This document shows, in pieces, positions 37,801-50,312 of a DNA stretch of 64,000 bases. Made by a program: the position numbers and the translations under genes. Each line of letters opens with the position of its first letter. Position 1 is the stretch's first letter. Under the pieces are notes generated by a model that searched no databases, was not told where the DNA came from, and saw only the letters and a program-made list of their open reading frames with translations. This DNA comes from Cyanophora paradoxa CCMP329 (Eukaryota > Plantae > Glaucophyta): positions 1 through 64,000 of the forward strand of contig QPMI01000549.1 of the NCBI GenBank assembly GCA_004431415.1, given 5' to 3'.

Positions 37801-40800
37801 AAATGATCGCGAATTATATGTGTTCATTTAATTAGCTACAGGCGCACGTGTAGCCTTCAGAGGCGCTGACACCACGTGTCAGAAACAGTTGGCTTTCACC
37901 AAGCTGACGGGAAAGGAGCCTCCGCAAGGCCTAGATGGCCTTGAAGTGAGAAACGCGATTGCGATCCATTTCGACCGCTTCAATCGTTTTGCGATCCCGA
38001 TCGCGATTAATTTCTTGTTCAGGCGATGGGGCGCGCATCTCTTGTTCTCTCAGCGCTAGCGGCACCTGCAGCTGCGCGCGCGAGCGAAGGAGGCCGGCTC
38101 TCGGGCAAGCTGGAGGAGCGGCGGAGGAAGCTGGAGGAGGAGAGGCGCGTTGAGGCGGAGCGCCAGAGGGCGCGGCAGGAGGCCGAGCTCGCCGAGCGCG
38201 CCGAGCGCGACGCCGCGGACCGCGTGCGCCTTTTCCAATCCGCGGCGCCTCGGTTCCTTTGATTTATTTCGCCCCTGTGCGATTTCCGTTTGGCGAGCAG
38301 AAGGCGGCAGTAAAGCACATGCGAGAGTCGAACTGGGCCCGAGCCCGCCAGCTGCTGAACGCCCTGCTCAAGGTGCGAACCGGGCGGTCTTTCATTCTAC
38401 TTTGATGCGCACTGCGACCTTCTGACGTCCCGGGCCGTTGTCGCAGCGGTCGCCCGGGGATGTGGAAGCGCGCCTGCTCCGCATCCGTGCGCTCTTCGAT
38501 GTGATTATTTCACAATTTCCTGGTCGTCCATGTAAGTAATATCGCTCCCCGAGCAGAGTGCATGGCGGGGGCGGGCCAGCTGGAGGCGGCCGCGCGGGAG
38601 GCGGAGGCCTGGGAGCGCGAGCTCGCCGCGGCGGCCTCGAGCTCAAGCTCGGATGCCAGCATCGATCTGCTCGCAAAGTGCGCTGCGGCTGCCTCATGTG
38701 TTTCTATCTATTATAAACTATTCTGTGCTTCTCTAAGGGCTCCGTGTCTTGGAGGGCTAAGATCGAGCGCAGGGTCCGGCAGGAGCTGCGGCGGACGCGG
38801 GCCGCGCTCCAGCTCCAGCAGCGGCGGGAGGCCGAGGCCGAGGCCGATCGCGAGAGAGAGGCGGCGGAGGAGGCGCGCCGCCTCGCCGAGGAGCAGGCGC
38901 GGCGCGACGAGGAGGCCGTGGCCGAGCGGAGGGCGGCGGAGGAGGCCCGCCGCCTCGCGGATCAGGAGCGGCTCGAGCAGGAGCGGCGCGACGGGGTTGA
39001 GAGGCGCGGAAAGGAGGCCGCGAGTCAGGCGGCGGCGGAGGCCGAGCAGCAGAGGCGGGCAGCCGATCACGAGGAGGCCGCGCAGGCGCGACTGCGCGTG
39101 CTTTGCATCCGTGCGTTCTTGTTAATTGCAATGGAATATTAATACTCGTTTTTAATTAACCGAAACCTCACGCCCCGCGGCCGTCCAGAGTGCACGGCGG
39201 GGGCGGGGGCGAGCGACTTGGAGGGCGCCGCGCGGGAGGCCGAGGCCTGGGAGCGTGAGCTCGCAGCCTCGGATGCCGCGACTGATCGCGATCTGCTTGT
39301 GAGGTGCGCCATTTAAATTGCAGAAATTATATATTGCATCGCCGGAGGTCTGAGCCTCAGCTTTAGGGTTCGGCAAGAGCGGCAGAAAGCGGAATCCGAG
39401 CTTTTCCAACATGTAGAGCGGGAGCTCGGGGCTGAGATGAGGGCCGCCGAGGGGGCTCGCCAGCGGGCGGAGGATCCGGAGCAGCGGACGAGGCAGGAAC
39501 TCGGAGTGCGCGAGGAGGAACGATTCCGAGAGGAGGCTGCAAGGCGCGCGTACGCGGCGCAGGCTGCGCAGCGACGAGCTCTCGCGTCCGTGCCCGCCGG
39601 GTGCGCCCAGTTCCGGATCCCACCAAGACGCTTATGCCCTCGGCGTGCGATTAAATCGTGCCCCGGCGCCTGCATTCGCAGCTGGCGATCGTGGCAGGCC
39701 TGCAGGCACTTTGCGCGGGGCTTTTGCGCGTTCGGCGCCCGCTGCCGGTTTGCGGTCCCGCCCCCCGAACTCAGAGCGCGAGCCTCACGCCTAGTCGCCC
39801 CGGCCCGCCTGCGCAGGTTCTCCCACGCGTACGGCTACATGGGCGCGTCTGCGAGCCTGGTGCGGCGCGAGGAGGGCGACAACTCGAGAGGCCGGCTGGA
39901 GGCAGGGTGGCGGCGCGACGAAGAGCAAGCCATACCTTACGGCGACGAAGTCCGAGATCGGTACCTCTGCCAGCACCTCTGCCAGCCTCTCTAGACTGAC
40001 ATCTCTAATCATGGCATTCGGCCCAGCCATGACAGGAGTTGTTCTGATGGTTCTGATGGTCATATGCGTGGCGCGCAGGCTCGGCGGCGGGGCGGCGGCG
40101 CCATCTGACGGCCCCACCCGCGATCGCGAGGCGGGCGAGTGCGCCATCTGCCTCGAGCCGCTGCTCTCCGGCTCTGGCCCCTCCGCCGCCCCCATCCCCT
40201 GCGGCCGTGCGCGGCAGATGTCGCCCGCTCTTTTGCCCTCCATCGGCGCTAACGGCCCGCTTCTGCAGACGAGGGTCAGTTCCACGCGCTGTGCATCGCC
40301 ACGTGGCGGGCGGACCCGATGGGCACCACGTGCCCCGCGTGCCGCGCCCCCTTCGAATTCGCCCCCGCCCTCTCCGCTGCCGCTTCCGCCTCCGCCTCCG
40401 GTCCCAGCGGCCCGCCAGCAGCGGCCTCCGCTTCGCGCGCCCCTCGCCCTGCTTCTGTCCCTCACCCGGCGGCCTGCTGCAGTGTTGAAGTTGACGCTGG
40501 CGCCTCCGCCGCTTCCTCTGCCTCGGCGTCGACGTCTGTTGGCCATGGCCTGGCGGCCGTGGCCGTGCCAGCTGTAGCCGCCGTCGATGCCGTCGCGCCG
40601 GCGCCGCATCTAGGGCTGCCGCCCGGCTTCTCGGCGCCCCCGTCCCTCCCGTGCCCCGCCGCCCCTACCGGGCCAGCCTCGAGCTCAGCGGCGGTTGCCG
40701 CCTCCGACTGCAAGTCTGAGGGGCCCCTCGATGGCCAGCCGCGGACCTCGGAGCTCGGCGGCCCTCCCTTTCCCCTCGAGCTCGCCTACGCTCCGCTCGC

Positions 40801-41548
40801 TTCTCATTCGGCCGCCCCGCCGGCCGCCTCGAGCTCCAGCAGCTGCAGGGCGGGGCCTGTAGCTGCACGCACCCCCTTCGAGCCGCCGGCCGCGTCGACG
40901 TCAACGTCGCGCTCGGGGGCCCCATGGCCAGCGCCCTCGAGCTCGAGCTCCCGGCCGCCCCTGCCCCCCGCCTCCTCGAGCTCCTCCCCGCCCGCGCCCG
41001 CCTTCCCGTACCCCGTTTCTCCCTCCGCCCCCCCAGCGTCTCTTCCCTCCCCGGTGCCGCACTCGAGCTCCTTCCCCGCCTACAGTGCAAGTGCTCCGCC
41101 GTACCCCCCCGTGCCTCTTTACTTCTTTGAGAACGCCACCACCCCGCCTGAGGGCGTGATCGGCCCCCTGCTGGATGCCGCGCTCCGCTATTACCCGCTT
41201 CCTCCCCCAGCGACGAGGCCTCTCCCCGCCCCCGCCGCGCCGGGCCCCATAGTGGTGCCTGCTGCGTCCGCCGGCGCCGCTCGAGTTCCACTTTCAGCTC
41301 CCCCTGCGGATGTGGCGCCCGGTGCCTGTGGCGGCCCCGCTCTTGCAGCCGTGTTTGCCGCCCCTGTCTTCCTGGATTCGCCCCCCGGCTACCCCCGGCC
41401 CTCAGCTCCGTCGGCAGCTGTGAACTCGGCACCCCGCCCCACGCGGCCGTACCTGCCCCCCGGAGGCCCGGTCGCCCGTCCCACGCGCCCCTACGACCCG
41501 TTCAACCGCGGCGCAGGCGGCCCCTCCCGCACCTCCCCGCCACGATAA
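34860..41548 (+). CDS. TPR / coiled-coil / CCCH / RING-H2 putative E3 ligase, paralogue B (start uncertain)
   Basis: Acidic exons, WACEYRCTCEQC..FCEHF, TPR exons colinear with A, a duplicated helix + coiled-coil module, CCCH finger CRHFARGFCAFGARCR|FSH (39701-39826), RING-H2 CAIC..CG|HEGQFHALC..W..CPAC (about 40140-40343), Pro-rich tail. Confidence 0.8.
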
Positions 41549-41810
41549 AAAATTGAATTAATGTTCTAGTCGTATGCTATGATGCCATGAACGTCAGAAT
41601 ATAGAATTGTATTCATGGAGTGAACTGTATTTACAAGGAGGACGGCAGCGAGCTTCGTCGCGAGTCGATAATTAGTTACAGAGACACGGGCCAGGGTCGA
41701 TAGAAATCCGGACCGAATCGAAGACGGAATTCGATGAACGACGGAATTGATCATGAGGGACCGGACTTCGACCGGTACCGGATTTCGTAGGGCAGCGCTC
41801 AGCGGGCGGA

Positions 41811-43092
41811 TTAGGAGCACACGGTGTACTCGCTTGGGTCGCTCTCCCCCTCGTTGGGGCTCCCCACGCACTTGCCGTCCTTCACGCAGCCGCCCACGAA
41901 CTTGCCGGCCCCATTCTCCCACTTGCAGCACGGCTCGTCCGGCTGCAGGCGCGGAAATCGCGATATCGATCAGTTTGCTTCTTTTGGAATGATCAGAATC
42001 GGAAGTATATATAAGAGACGGGCGCACCTTGCAGCAGCCGAACTTGTCAGCGTGCGTGCCGGCGCCGTGGCCGCAGCCTGGAGGGCAGCACTTCTGCCCG
42101 CTGTTGCCTGCGAGCGAAATTCGAATGCCCATATGCATCAAAATTGGGGGCAGTTATTATCAGCGCCCAGCAATCCGTGCCCCAAGCAAAGATCCCGGAA
42201 CGTACCGCGGCAGGGTCCGCCGGGCGTGCAGACCTCGTTGTCGTCTCCGCCGCCCTCGTTCTTGCACCTGCGAAAATACGCCTTGAATATTTTACGAACT
42301 TCGATCTTATCTTCGATCTTGGTAGGTTAAATTATAATCAATGCATATGTTTGAAACGCGATCGCAGTCTTTGCGCACTTGCCATTCTTGCAGACTTGGC
42401 CATCGGGGCAGCAGGTCCCCGCAGCACTTGCTCGGCTCGCAGCACTGCCCGTTGCAGCAGATTTTGCCGTCGGCGCAGCAGTCGGAGCCGCAGCACTCCT
42501 GATCTGCATACTCACCAGGGTTTTAATAGTTGTGTGCATGCAGATCAATTTATATTAAAAGCGTGACGCAAGAACCACGCACCGTTATTGCAGCAGGCGT
42601 GCTCGCAGCACTTCGGATGATCTGCGAATGAATCAGAGAGTCAGCTAGCACTGGAATTTGGCTAGTATACGTACTGCGAATGAACATGGCCATAAAATAT
42701 TGATTACAACACACATTTCGGACAGCAGCCGTCGCCATTCCTTCCGAAACCGCTGGGGCAGCAGACCTCTCCGAGCAAGATATCCTCTGCGAATTTGCGT
42801 TCAACTGCGATTAGCCACACGTAGCATCTCCCGCTGAAAGAACGGTATCGATTACCCTTGCGGCAGCAGTGATCGTCCCCCTCCGTGCAGCATTGCTTCA
42901 AGACTATATATATACGCAGGGCAGGCGGGAAGATTGGTTAGCAAGACGGCGATCGAGATAACAATGGATCTGCGAAGCGTGCGCACGGCCACACGCGGTG
43001 CCTCCGCACAGGCCCCCAGTCGCCGAGACCGCGGCGAGAACGGCCAGGGCGGCGGCGGCGAGGAGCAGCTTCTTCGCGACGGTCGAAGGCAT
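41811..43092 (-). CDS. Secreted cysteine-rich protein with paired-Cys (CC) repeats, multi-exon
   Basis: Signal peptide MPSTVAKKLLLAAAALAVLAAVSA; exons KQCCTEGDDHCCRK, EVCCPSG..GCCPK, HPKCCEHACCNN, QECCGSDCCADGKICCNGQCCEPSKCC, PDEPCCKWE..YTVCS* (TAA at 41811). One apparent homopolymer frameshift near 42420. Confidence 0.75.
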
Positions 43093-43210
43093 TTCGACTG
43101 CGCGCGAGCGGAACGCGGACCGTCGCTGGTTTAGAAAGCGAACGCAGTGAGGTCTTCTAGGCGCTGATTGATATCAGCGAAACTTTTGGATCGGAAAGAG
43201 CTCGAGGGTC

Positions 43211-43560
43211 GAATTCGAATTTCTAGGTAACCGCCCGCGAAACTTTCGCTCGTCGCGCGAGGAAGCATACTTGTACAATCTAAAATCATGAGCAACATGC
43301 GGGGCGCGCGGGGCGCGCGAAAAACGCGTAAGTGCAAAAGCGCGCGCGCCCAGATCCAAATCCCCGCGCGTCGCTAAGAGTCAGAAAGCGAGTGCAGCTG
43401 CAGAGAGTATCGGAGATAGGATCGAATTTCTAGGTGTCCTTCCGCAGAATTTTCGTTCGTCGCGCGCGAGATACTTAAAAAATCTAGATCTGTGCGAAAC
43501 GCGCGGGGCGCGCAGAGCGCGCGAAAAACGCGAAAGTGCGAAGGCGCGCGCGCCTGGAGG
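43211..43560. repeat. Diverged ~140-bp direct repeat upstream of the Cys-rich gene
   Basis: cgaatttctagg...tcgtcgcgcg...gcgcgcgaaaaacgcg.aagtgc.aa.gcgcgcgcgcc occurs at about 43216-43350 and 43424-43554. Confidence 0.7.
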
Positions 43561-44162
43561 GCCGACGTCGACGCCGGCGCGCGCGTCACTAGTACTCGCG
43601 CGCCCGCGCGGGCGCATATCGCTAGGACTGACGCTATAGCGATCACAAGCGGGAAGGCGCACCGGCGTGGAGCGAGATTGCCGATGAATTGGATGGAGTG
43701 CGAAGGTAGTTGGAAGGTGAAGCGCTTTTGGTCGCCCTGTTGGACCGAAGCCAAAAAAAGGCTGGAGAGCTTTAAGACGAGAGAGCGGGGATCTGGATCC
43801 GGAGGTGGTGGTATATATGGGTTGGTATAACAAGGGAGGTAAAACGAGCTTCGAGGGAGGACCAAGGCCCTCGCGATCGGCAGGCAGCCTATGATAGATT
43901 GATATGATAATTTGTATGAAGGGCGCCGGCCTTCCTTCGATTACCCCAAGTCCTTCCTTCCCCTCATCGCTTCCGAAGTTCCATGGCCAGTTGACGCCGG
44001 AGTTCCAGCTCTCCCCGGCGGCCCGCAGCGCCGGCGGCAGCGCCAGCGGCCCTTCCGCAGCGCCGGCGGCCCTTCCCGCACTTCCCCAACATGACGCGCT
44101 TTTGTGAGGGGGAATCGAAAGAAAAATTATCGGAGAGTCCGTATCAATTGGCTACGGAAGGA

Positions 44163-47100
44163 TCACGCCGGGGGCGAGGCTCGGGAAGGGACGACGCCGG
44201 CGCCGCGGTTGAAGGGGTCGTAGGGGCGCGTGGGGCGGGCCGGAGGGCCGCCGGGGGGCAGGTACGGGCGCGTGGGGCGGGGCGCGAAGGACGAGGAGGC
44301 GGCCGCGGGAGCGGGGGGCGGGGCGTGCGGGGGGTGGCCCGACGCGGGAAGGATCCCCGGGGCTCTCCCCTCGCGCGCAGCGGGGGCGTACCTAGGGAGC
44401 ACAGGCGGATACGGCAGCGGGGCGGAGGGACCGGCTGCGGGAGGGCAGGGGTACGGTGCCGGGCCGGCAAGGGGCGGGGCCGGCACAAGGCCGGGAGAGA
44501 GGGGGGGAGGGGAGGGGAAGCCCCGGGGCGGCCCCCCGCGAGGCTCGGCCAGCGGGGCGGGATTCGGAGCGGCGGGAGAAGCCACCGGAGGAAGAGGGGC
44601 GGAAGCGGGGGTAGCCGGCGCCGAGGAAGCCGCCCGAGGGTAGCCGGGGGGCGTCTCCGGATCCGGGAGGGGCCCATATGTATGGCCATACGCGGGAGGC
44701 GGAGGGGGGTACAGCAACGAGGCGGAGGGGCCGGGTGCATAGGGGTACGCTTCCAAGGGCGGCGGAGCAATGGAGACGGGGGGCGCCGACGGGATTGAAG
44801 GGGCCAGCACCTCGAAATTTAATGGGCCCAGCAGGGTGGATGCGACGGGAGGCGTCTCTTGGAAGTTGCCGACCGGAGCAGCGCCCGCAGGAGAGAAGGG
44901 AGCGCGGCACTGCGGGCAGCTGGTGCCCAGCGGGCTCGCCCGCCACGTCGCGATGCAGCGCCCGTGGAAGCGGTCTGCGGCGGCGTCAGTGAGCCTCGGA
45001 GCGGCACAGGGGCGGGGCGGGGCGCACGGCCGCAGGGGAGGCTGGCGGTGGCCGAACGCATGGGGGCAAGGCAGATGGCGCACTCGCCCTCTTCCTGGGT
45101 GGGGCCGCCGGGAGACGGCGCCGCCGATCCGCTAGCGCTGCGAAAGAAATTAGCCCGTACATATGCATAATAATAAAATCACGTAGGGGTAATCCGAGCC
45201 TCGCACCGGGTCTGGCGATCACCGGCCGCGGCCGCAGCAGCGCCTATCTTCCGCCGGCCCTGCTGCTCCTCACGCCGCTGCAGAACCTGCGAGCTAGCGC
45301 TGGCCCGCCGCTCCTCCTCCGCCCTCCGCCTGTCGTCCTCCGCCGCCCGCCGCGCCGCCTCCTCGAGCTCCCGGCGCCGCGCCTCCTCCCGGGGCCGCTC
45401 CTCGAGCCGCTGCTCCTCGGCGGCCGCGAGGCGGCGCGCCTCCTCCTCCGCCAGCGCGGCCTGCGCCTCGGCCTCGGCCTCGCGCTGCTGCTGCTCAAGC
45501 GCGGCCCGCGCCTTCAGCCGCTCTTCCCGCAGCCTGCCGCTGAACCTCAGCCCTCGAAGATAGAGATGTTGCAGCGTGAACGTGCATTAACGGAGCATTA
45601 GTATGACAAGAGAATTCGAAGGAAGGGCGGCGCACTTTGCGCGGAGATCGATGTTGGCATCTGAGCTTGAGGCCGCTGCGGCGAGCTCGCGCTCCCAGGC
45701 CCCCGCCTCCCGCGCGGCCGCCTCCAGCTGGCCCGCCCCCGCCATGCACTCTGCGCGCGGAGCACGATTACTTGAATGGACGCCCAGAAAATCTAGATCC
45801 TAGAGTGAATGGTAACGAAACGCTCACGGATGCGGAGCAGGCGCGCGTCCACATCCCCGGGCGACCGCTGCGAAGACGGTCCGGGACATCAGAAGGTCGA
45901 AGCGCGCATCCAATGGGATATCGCAATTAAGGGCGACGTCGAAATGCGCATCGATATATCAGATTAGACTTAAAGATAGAACTAAAGACCGCGCGGTTCG
46001 CACCTTGAGCAGGGCGTTGAGCAGCTGGCGGGCTCGGGCCCAGTTAGACTCTCGCATGTGCTGGACTGCTGCCTTCTGCTCGCCAAACGAAAATCACTCG
46101 GGGGAAGAATAATAAAGACGAGGCGCCGCGGAAACTGAAACTTGAAAGGGCGCGCACGCGGTCGGCGGCGTCGCGCTCGGCGCGCTCGGCGCTCTCGGCC
46201 TCCCGCCGCGCCCTCTGGCGCTCCGCCTCGGCGCGCCTCTCCTCCTCCAGCTTCCTCCGCCGCTCCTCCAGCTTGGTCGCGAGCCGGCCTTGTTTGCGTT
46301 CACGCGGGAGTGCAGGTGCAGGTGCAGGTGAAAGCGCGAGAGATGCACGCGCCATTGCCTGAACAAGATATAAATCGCAGTGGAGATCGCGAAACAATTG
46401 AAGCGGTCGAAATGGATCGCAATCGCGTTTTGCACCTCATGATCAAGGGCCCCTAGGCCTTCCGCAGGCTCCTTTCCCGTCAGCTTGGTGAATGCAATCT
46501 GTTTCTGAAACGTTGCAATTATATCAGCGTCATTGAAGGCTAAATCTATAGCTAGTTCTATAATCATGTATAGCTCGCGATCATTCGCACACGAGCGCAT
46601 GAAGACGAGCAGCCCACCTGCAAATAGAAATCGATCAGCGATCGATCCGGGACTTGCATTCTAATGAGTGTCAGGAAGAGTTTCGTTAGGTAATGTTCCA
46701 TCCCCTCGTGAGCCAGTCCGAAAGCTGCCTCCCGCATGATGCATGCGCGCTGAGTTGGAATCCGAGGATCGGTAAATCCTTTTTAAGCGACACTAACAAT
46801 GCATGGAAACCGCGCACACGAAGAGAAGCGGCGGCATCTTCGTAGCGCCACGCTCTAATGTACAGCGTGCCGAGATTGTTCAGGATGATTGCAAGCGATT
46901 CGGAGTCCTCTCGATCGGCTCCAGAGCTCCCCTCCGTTTCGGCAAGAGCGCGCTGTTTATTTTACAAGCAATCAGCCAATCAGCAATCAAGAGCGCGCTG
47001 TTCGATTTGCAAGCGACACGGCGATCATGCAATATTAATCATCGCAAGGTTGCTAATAATAATTATATATAAGGAACGGAATAGAAATGCGGTACCTTGA

Positions 47101-49056
47101 AATACGATTCGGCTCTCTCCAGGCAGAGGTCCGCCTCAGAGAGGAGGAGTCCGAGCGAGTTTAGCATCACGCCGAGGACATTGGCCTTCTGGCACGCCTC
47201 ACAGGCCCCTTCTGCGATCTCCAGATACAGCTGCGCATACATACACGATTGCTATAAAACGCGATAATCCAACTCTTTAATCCTAATAAACGGATGACGT
47301 TGAATTCGAATGCGGAGTACCGAAATAACGACTCCGAATAGAATTAACATGTACCAGTAAAGTCAGACCGATCGCACCTGTAGAATCGGTTCCGCTTCGC
47401 GATGAAGGCCCGCTTTGAAGTATGATTCTATCAGATGTTTGATATGCTTACAAACATTCTCTTCATGGCAGCAGTATCGTCGCTCTTCCCGTTGTAGCTC
47501 TTCCAGCTTGCTTTCGCGTCGTAGTTTCAACTGTGCGCCAAATATAATTATATAAGCCGATCCTTGAGGCAGCTTGGACACAAGTATATTGAAAAGAAGA
47601 AGAGAGAAGCACAGGCTCTATAATGACTGCGCACAAAAACGACAGCTGCAATGTACGTGCACACCTGCAGGTACTTCCAGGCGTTTTCGTGCTCCTTCAA
47701 TTTCATACAGATTACAGATAGACTCCAGAGCACGCAATTGGAACCAGCTCTTCCGGACGATCCGTTCACATGCCGCATGGAAATGTCGAGCGCAGCCTGC
47801 AGACAAACTCAATTAATCAATCACGTCGAGCTGTATAATTAATCAACGAAGACGAAGTGTCGAGCTGTATAATCAATCACGTCGACATCATGATCAATCA
47901 TAAAACAAATCGCCGACATCGGCTCGCACCAGGAACGTTTGTTTGGCTGAGGCATAATCTCCGGCGGCCGCATGCGTGTCTCCGTACTTCCGCGCAAAGT
48001 CGACAAGCGCTCCTGGGGAGGCGGCCCCAGAGAGTTCGCCCCGCCTCCTCTTGTCCAGAAGGCGCGGGGCGAGGAAGCGCTGCGCATGCACGATTAATAT
48101 TGAGCTGAGAAGGCTTGAATTTAAGCAGCAATCAATTGCACGTTTCCGTCGCATGCACATGCGCACCTCGTAGAGCGCGCGAGCTTCCGCCGTCATGTCG
48201 TACTTGAAGAGGAGGTGCGCGAGCCGGAGGGCGTAAGTGACCGAGGCCAGGCCCTGATCGCCCCGCCTCGCCACGCAATCGTCGAGCTCGCGCTGTGGCC
48301 ACGAATGTTGTGATCAAAACGATGGATCTATACATACTTTGGATTAGAAACGAAATAAATCCAATGTCAAACCTGCCAGCGAGCCCTGCAGCTGTCAGCC
48401 TGCGTGCTCGCGCGGTTTGGCGCAGCCATTGCTTCACAAAAGTTCACGAAGTGGGAGCAGAAGCCGGCCGCCGCGCCGGCCGTCGGAGAGCGCGCCTCCT
48501 CGCACTGCTCGCACGTGCAGCGGTACTCACAGGCCCAGGGCCGGGGCTCGGGGCTGCGCATATGCGGCAGGACGAACTTACATAATCATGTTTGAAGGGG
48601 ATATATAGAAAGAAAATACGATCGGATGCACCTGAGGCATTCAACGCAATCGCAAGATTTAGATGTGTCCGATTCCTGAAGGTGATGTCAAGACCTTCCC
48701 CCGATAAAAGGAAAGTGATGCGCGGCACCTCTTTGTCGTCCTCGTGACCGTCCTCGCCCCCTTCCTTCAAGGGCTCGCTGTCCTCGCCGTCCCCGCCCCC
48801 GCAATCTTCCTCGCCCGGGCCTCCGTCCTCCTCGAGCTCGTCGCCCTCATCGCGCTCCCCACCCCGGCTCTCGCCCTGCTTGTCCTCCTCGTCCTTCTCA
48901 TGGACACATGCATGATGCCGATCACGCGGTGGCGTTTGCCCCACGAGGCCTCCGTGTCCCGCCGGCGCCTCGAGCTCCTGCTTTCCCTTGCTCTCCCTCA
49001 GAGGGCGCGGAGGCGCTGGGGCCGGGATATAAGTACCCGGGGGGCGGCCGACGGCG

Positions 49057-49087
<31 letters not shown>

Positions 49088-49250
49088 ATCATGATTCGAT
49101 TGCCCGGGCTGCTGACAGGGCATGTGCACCCCCTCGCGCCCGCCATCCTCATCCTCGTCGTGATCGCTGTGATGACTCTGCTTGTGACGATTGCGATCAG
49201 ATGGTTGCCGCCGCCGCCGCCCGGGCCAGGCGGGCCGCGGTAGCGCTAAC
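44163..49250 (-). CDS. TPR / coiled-coil / RING-H2 putative E3 ligase, paralogue C (inverted; start uncertain)
   Basis: N-terminal exons nearly identical to B (PEPRPWACEYRCTCEQCEEARSPTAGAAAGFC). RING ECAICLAPMRSATASLPCG|HRFHGRCIATWRASPLGTSCPQC and tail closest to A. TGA at 44163. Confidence 0.8.
49058..49087. repeat. (CTG)10 microsatellite
   Basis: Read directly; would encode a poly-Q, poly-S or poly-A run at the 5' end of paralogue C. Confidence 0.9.
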
Positions 49251-49968
49251 ATGTGCGCATACACATTGTAAACGCACCAGCATCTTAAGCTTCTCGTGAT
49301 TGCGTGCCGATTTATATATATGATGAGGCGGCATGCATATGACGCTTCTGCCTAGATTCGTTTGACTCAGTGATGCGCCAGCTGCAGCTGCAGCCCCACG
49401 CATGCACATGCGCAGCTTGAGCAATTGGATGGCCGCGCCGCCGCGCGAGTGCGCGGAACGCCTGCGGCTTTGGTCAGGATGCCGGCCGCCGCGCGTGCAC
49501 GCGGCCGGCCGCAGCCGCGGCGCGGGCCGGGCCTGCGGCCGCGGCCGCGGCCGACGCCGACGCCGTTGGCGCGCGCGCGGCCGGCGCGGGGGCGCGCCGA
49601 AGGCCGGGCACGCGCCTGGAATCGCTCTGGAGCGAAGCGCCCGTCCCCAACTTGACCGCGCCGCGGTCTGCGGCGGCGCCCCGCGCGCGGCCGGCCGCGG
49701 CCCGCGGCCGCGCCGGCGCCGGCGCCGGCCCGTCCTAGCCTGGGCCTGCATCTGGTCGTGAGGCGAGCTCAACATGAAGATACCGCAGAAATCACGGGCC
49801 TTCGCCGCGCGCAGTCGACGTCCGCGACTGCGGGCTCCCGCTCCGCGCGCGACTGGCCTGGCCGGCGCGCGCGCCCGACACTTTTACTCAGCGGTAATTC
49901 TGCGCTGTCGTCAAAGGCGATAACTCCCCTCAAACCGGCGCTGTAGATCTCGCGCTGCAGCTGGCGCG

Positions 49969-50194
49969 ATGAGTCCCGTACTGTACCCCCGGCCCCTCCC
50001 TGGGTCGTACGCGTGGCTGCGAGCTCGAGGGCGGCCGCGGGGAGGGGGTTCCAGCATCCGCCTCGAGCTCGAGCCGCGCGCCCCGCCCGGGGCCCCGCGC
50101 GCCCCTACCGGTTGCCTGCAGCCCGCCCCGCGCGTCCCCGCGTCCCTTCGAATTCAACCCCTTCAACCGCGGCGCCAGCCCCGCCCGGAGCTAG
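49969..50194 (+). pseudogene. Degenerate remnant of the TPR-RING family C-terminal tail
   Basis: Reads PVLYPRPLPGSYA.. and then, after a frameshift, ASSSSRAPRPGPRAPLP..PP..PRPFEFNPFNRGASPARS*. Shares ccccttcaaccgcggcgcc with paralogues A and C. Confidence 0.55.
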
Positions 50195-50312
50195 AGGCTC
50201 CGAGTGCGTGCGCCCGCTCCCCCCACCAGTAGCCCGTACCCTGAAGCTGCGCGTATACGTACGCACGCGCCGTCCTGTCTTTGAACGGGCCGCGGGCGCA
50301 ACGGCGCGCCCC

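Noticed and set aside
40011-40078. TM segment (GVVLMVLMVICV) before the RING of paralogue B, as in ATL-type ligases
   Set aside because: Short, ends in a gcgcag acceptor and is absent from A and C; probably partly intronic.
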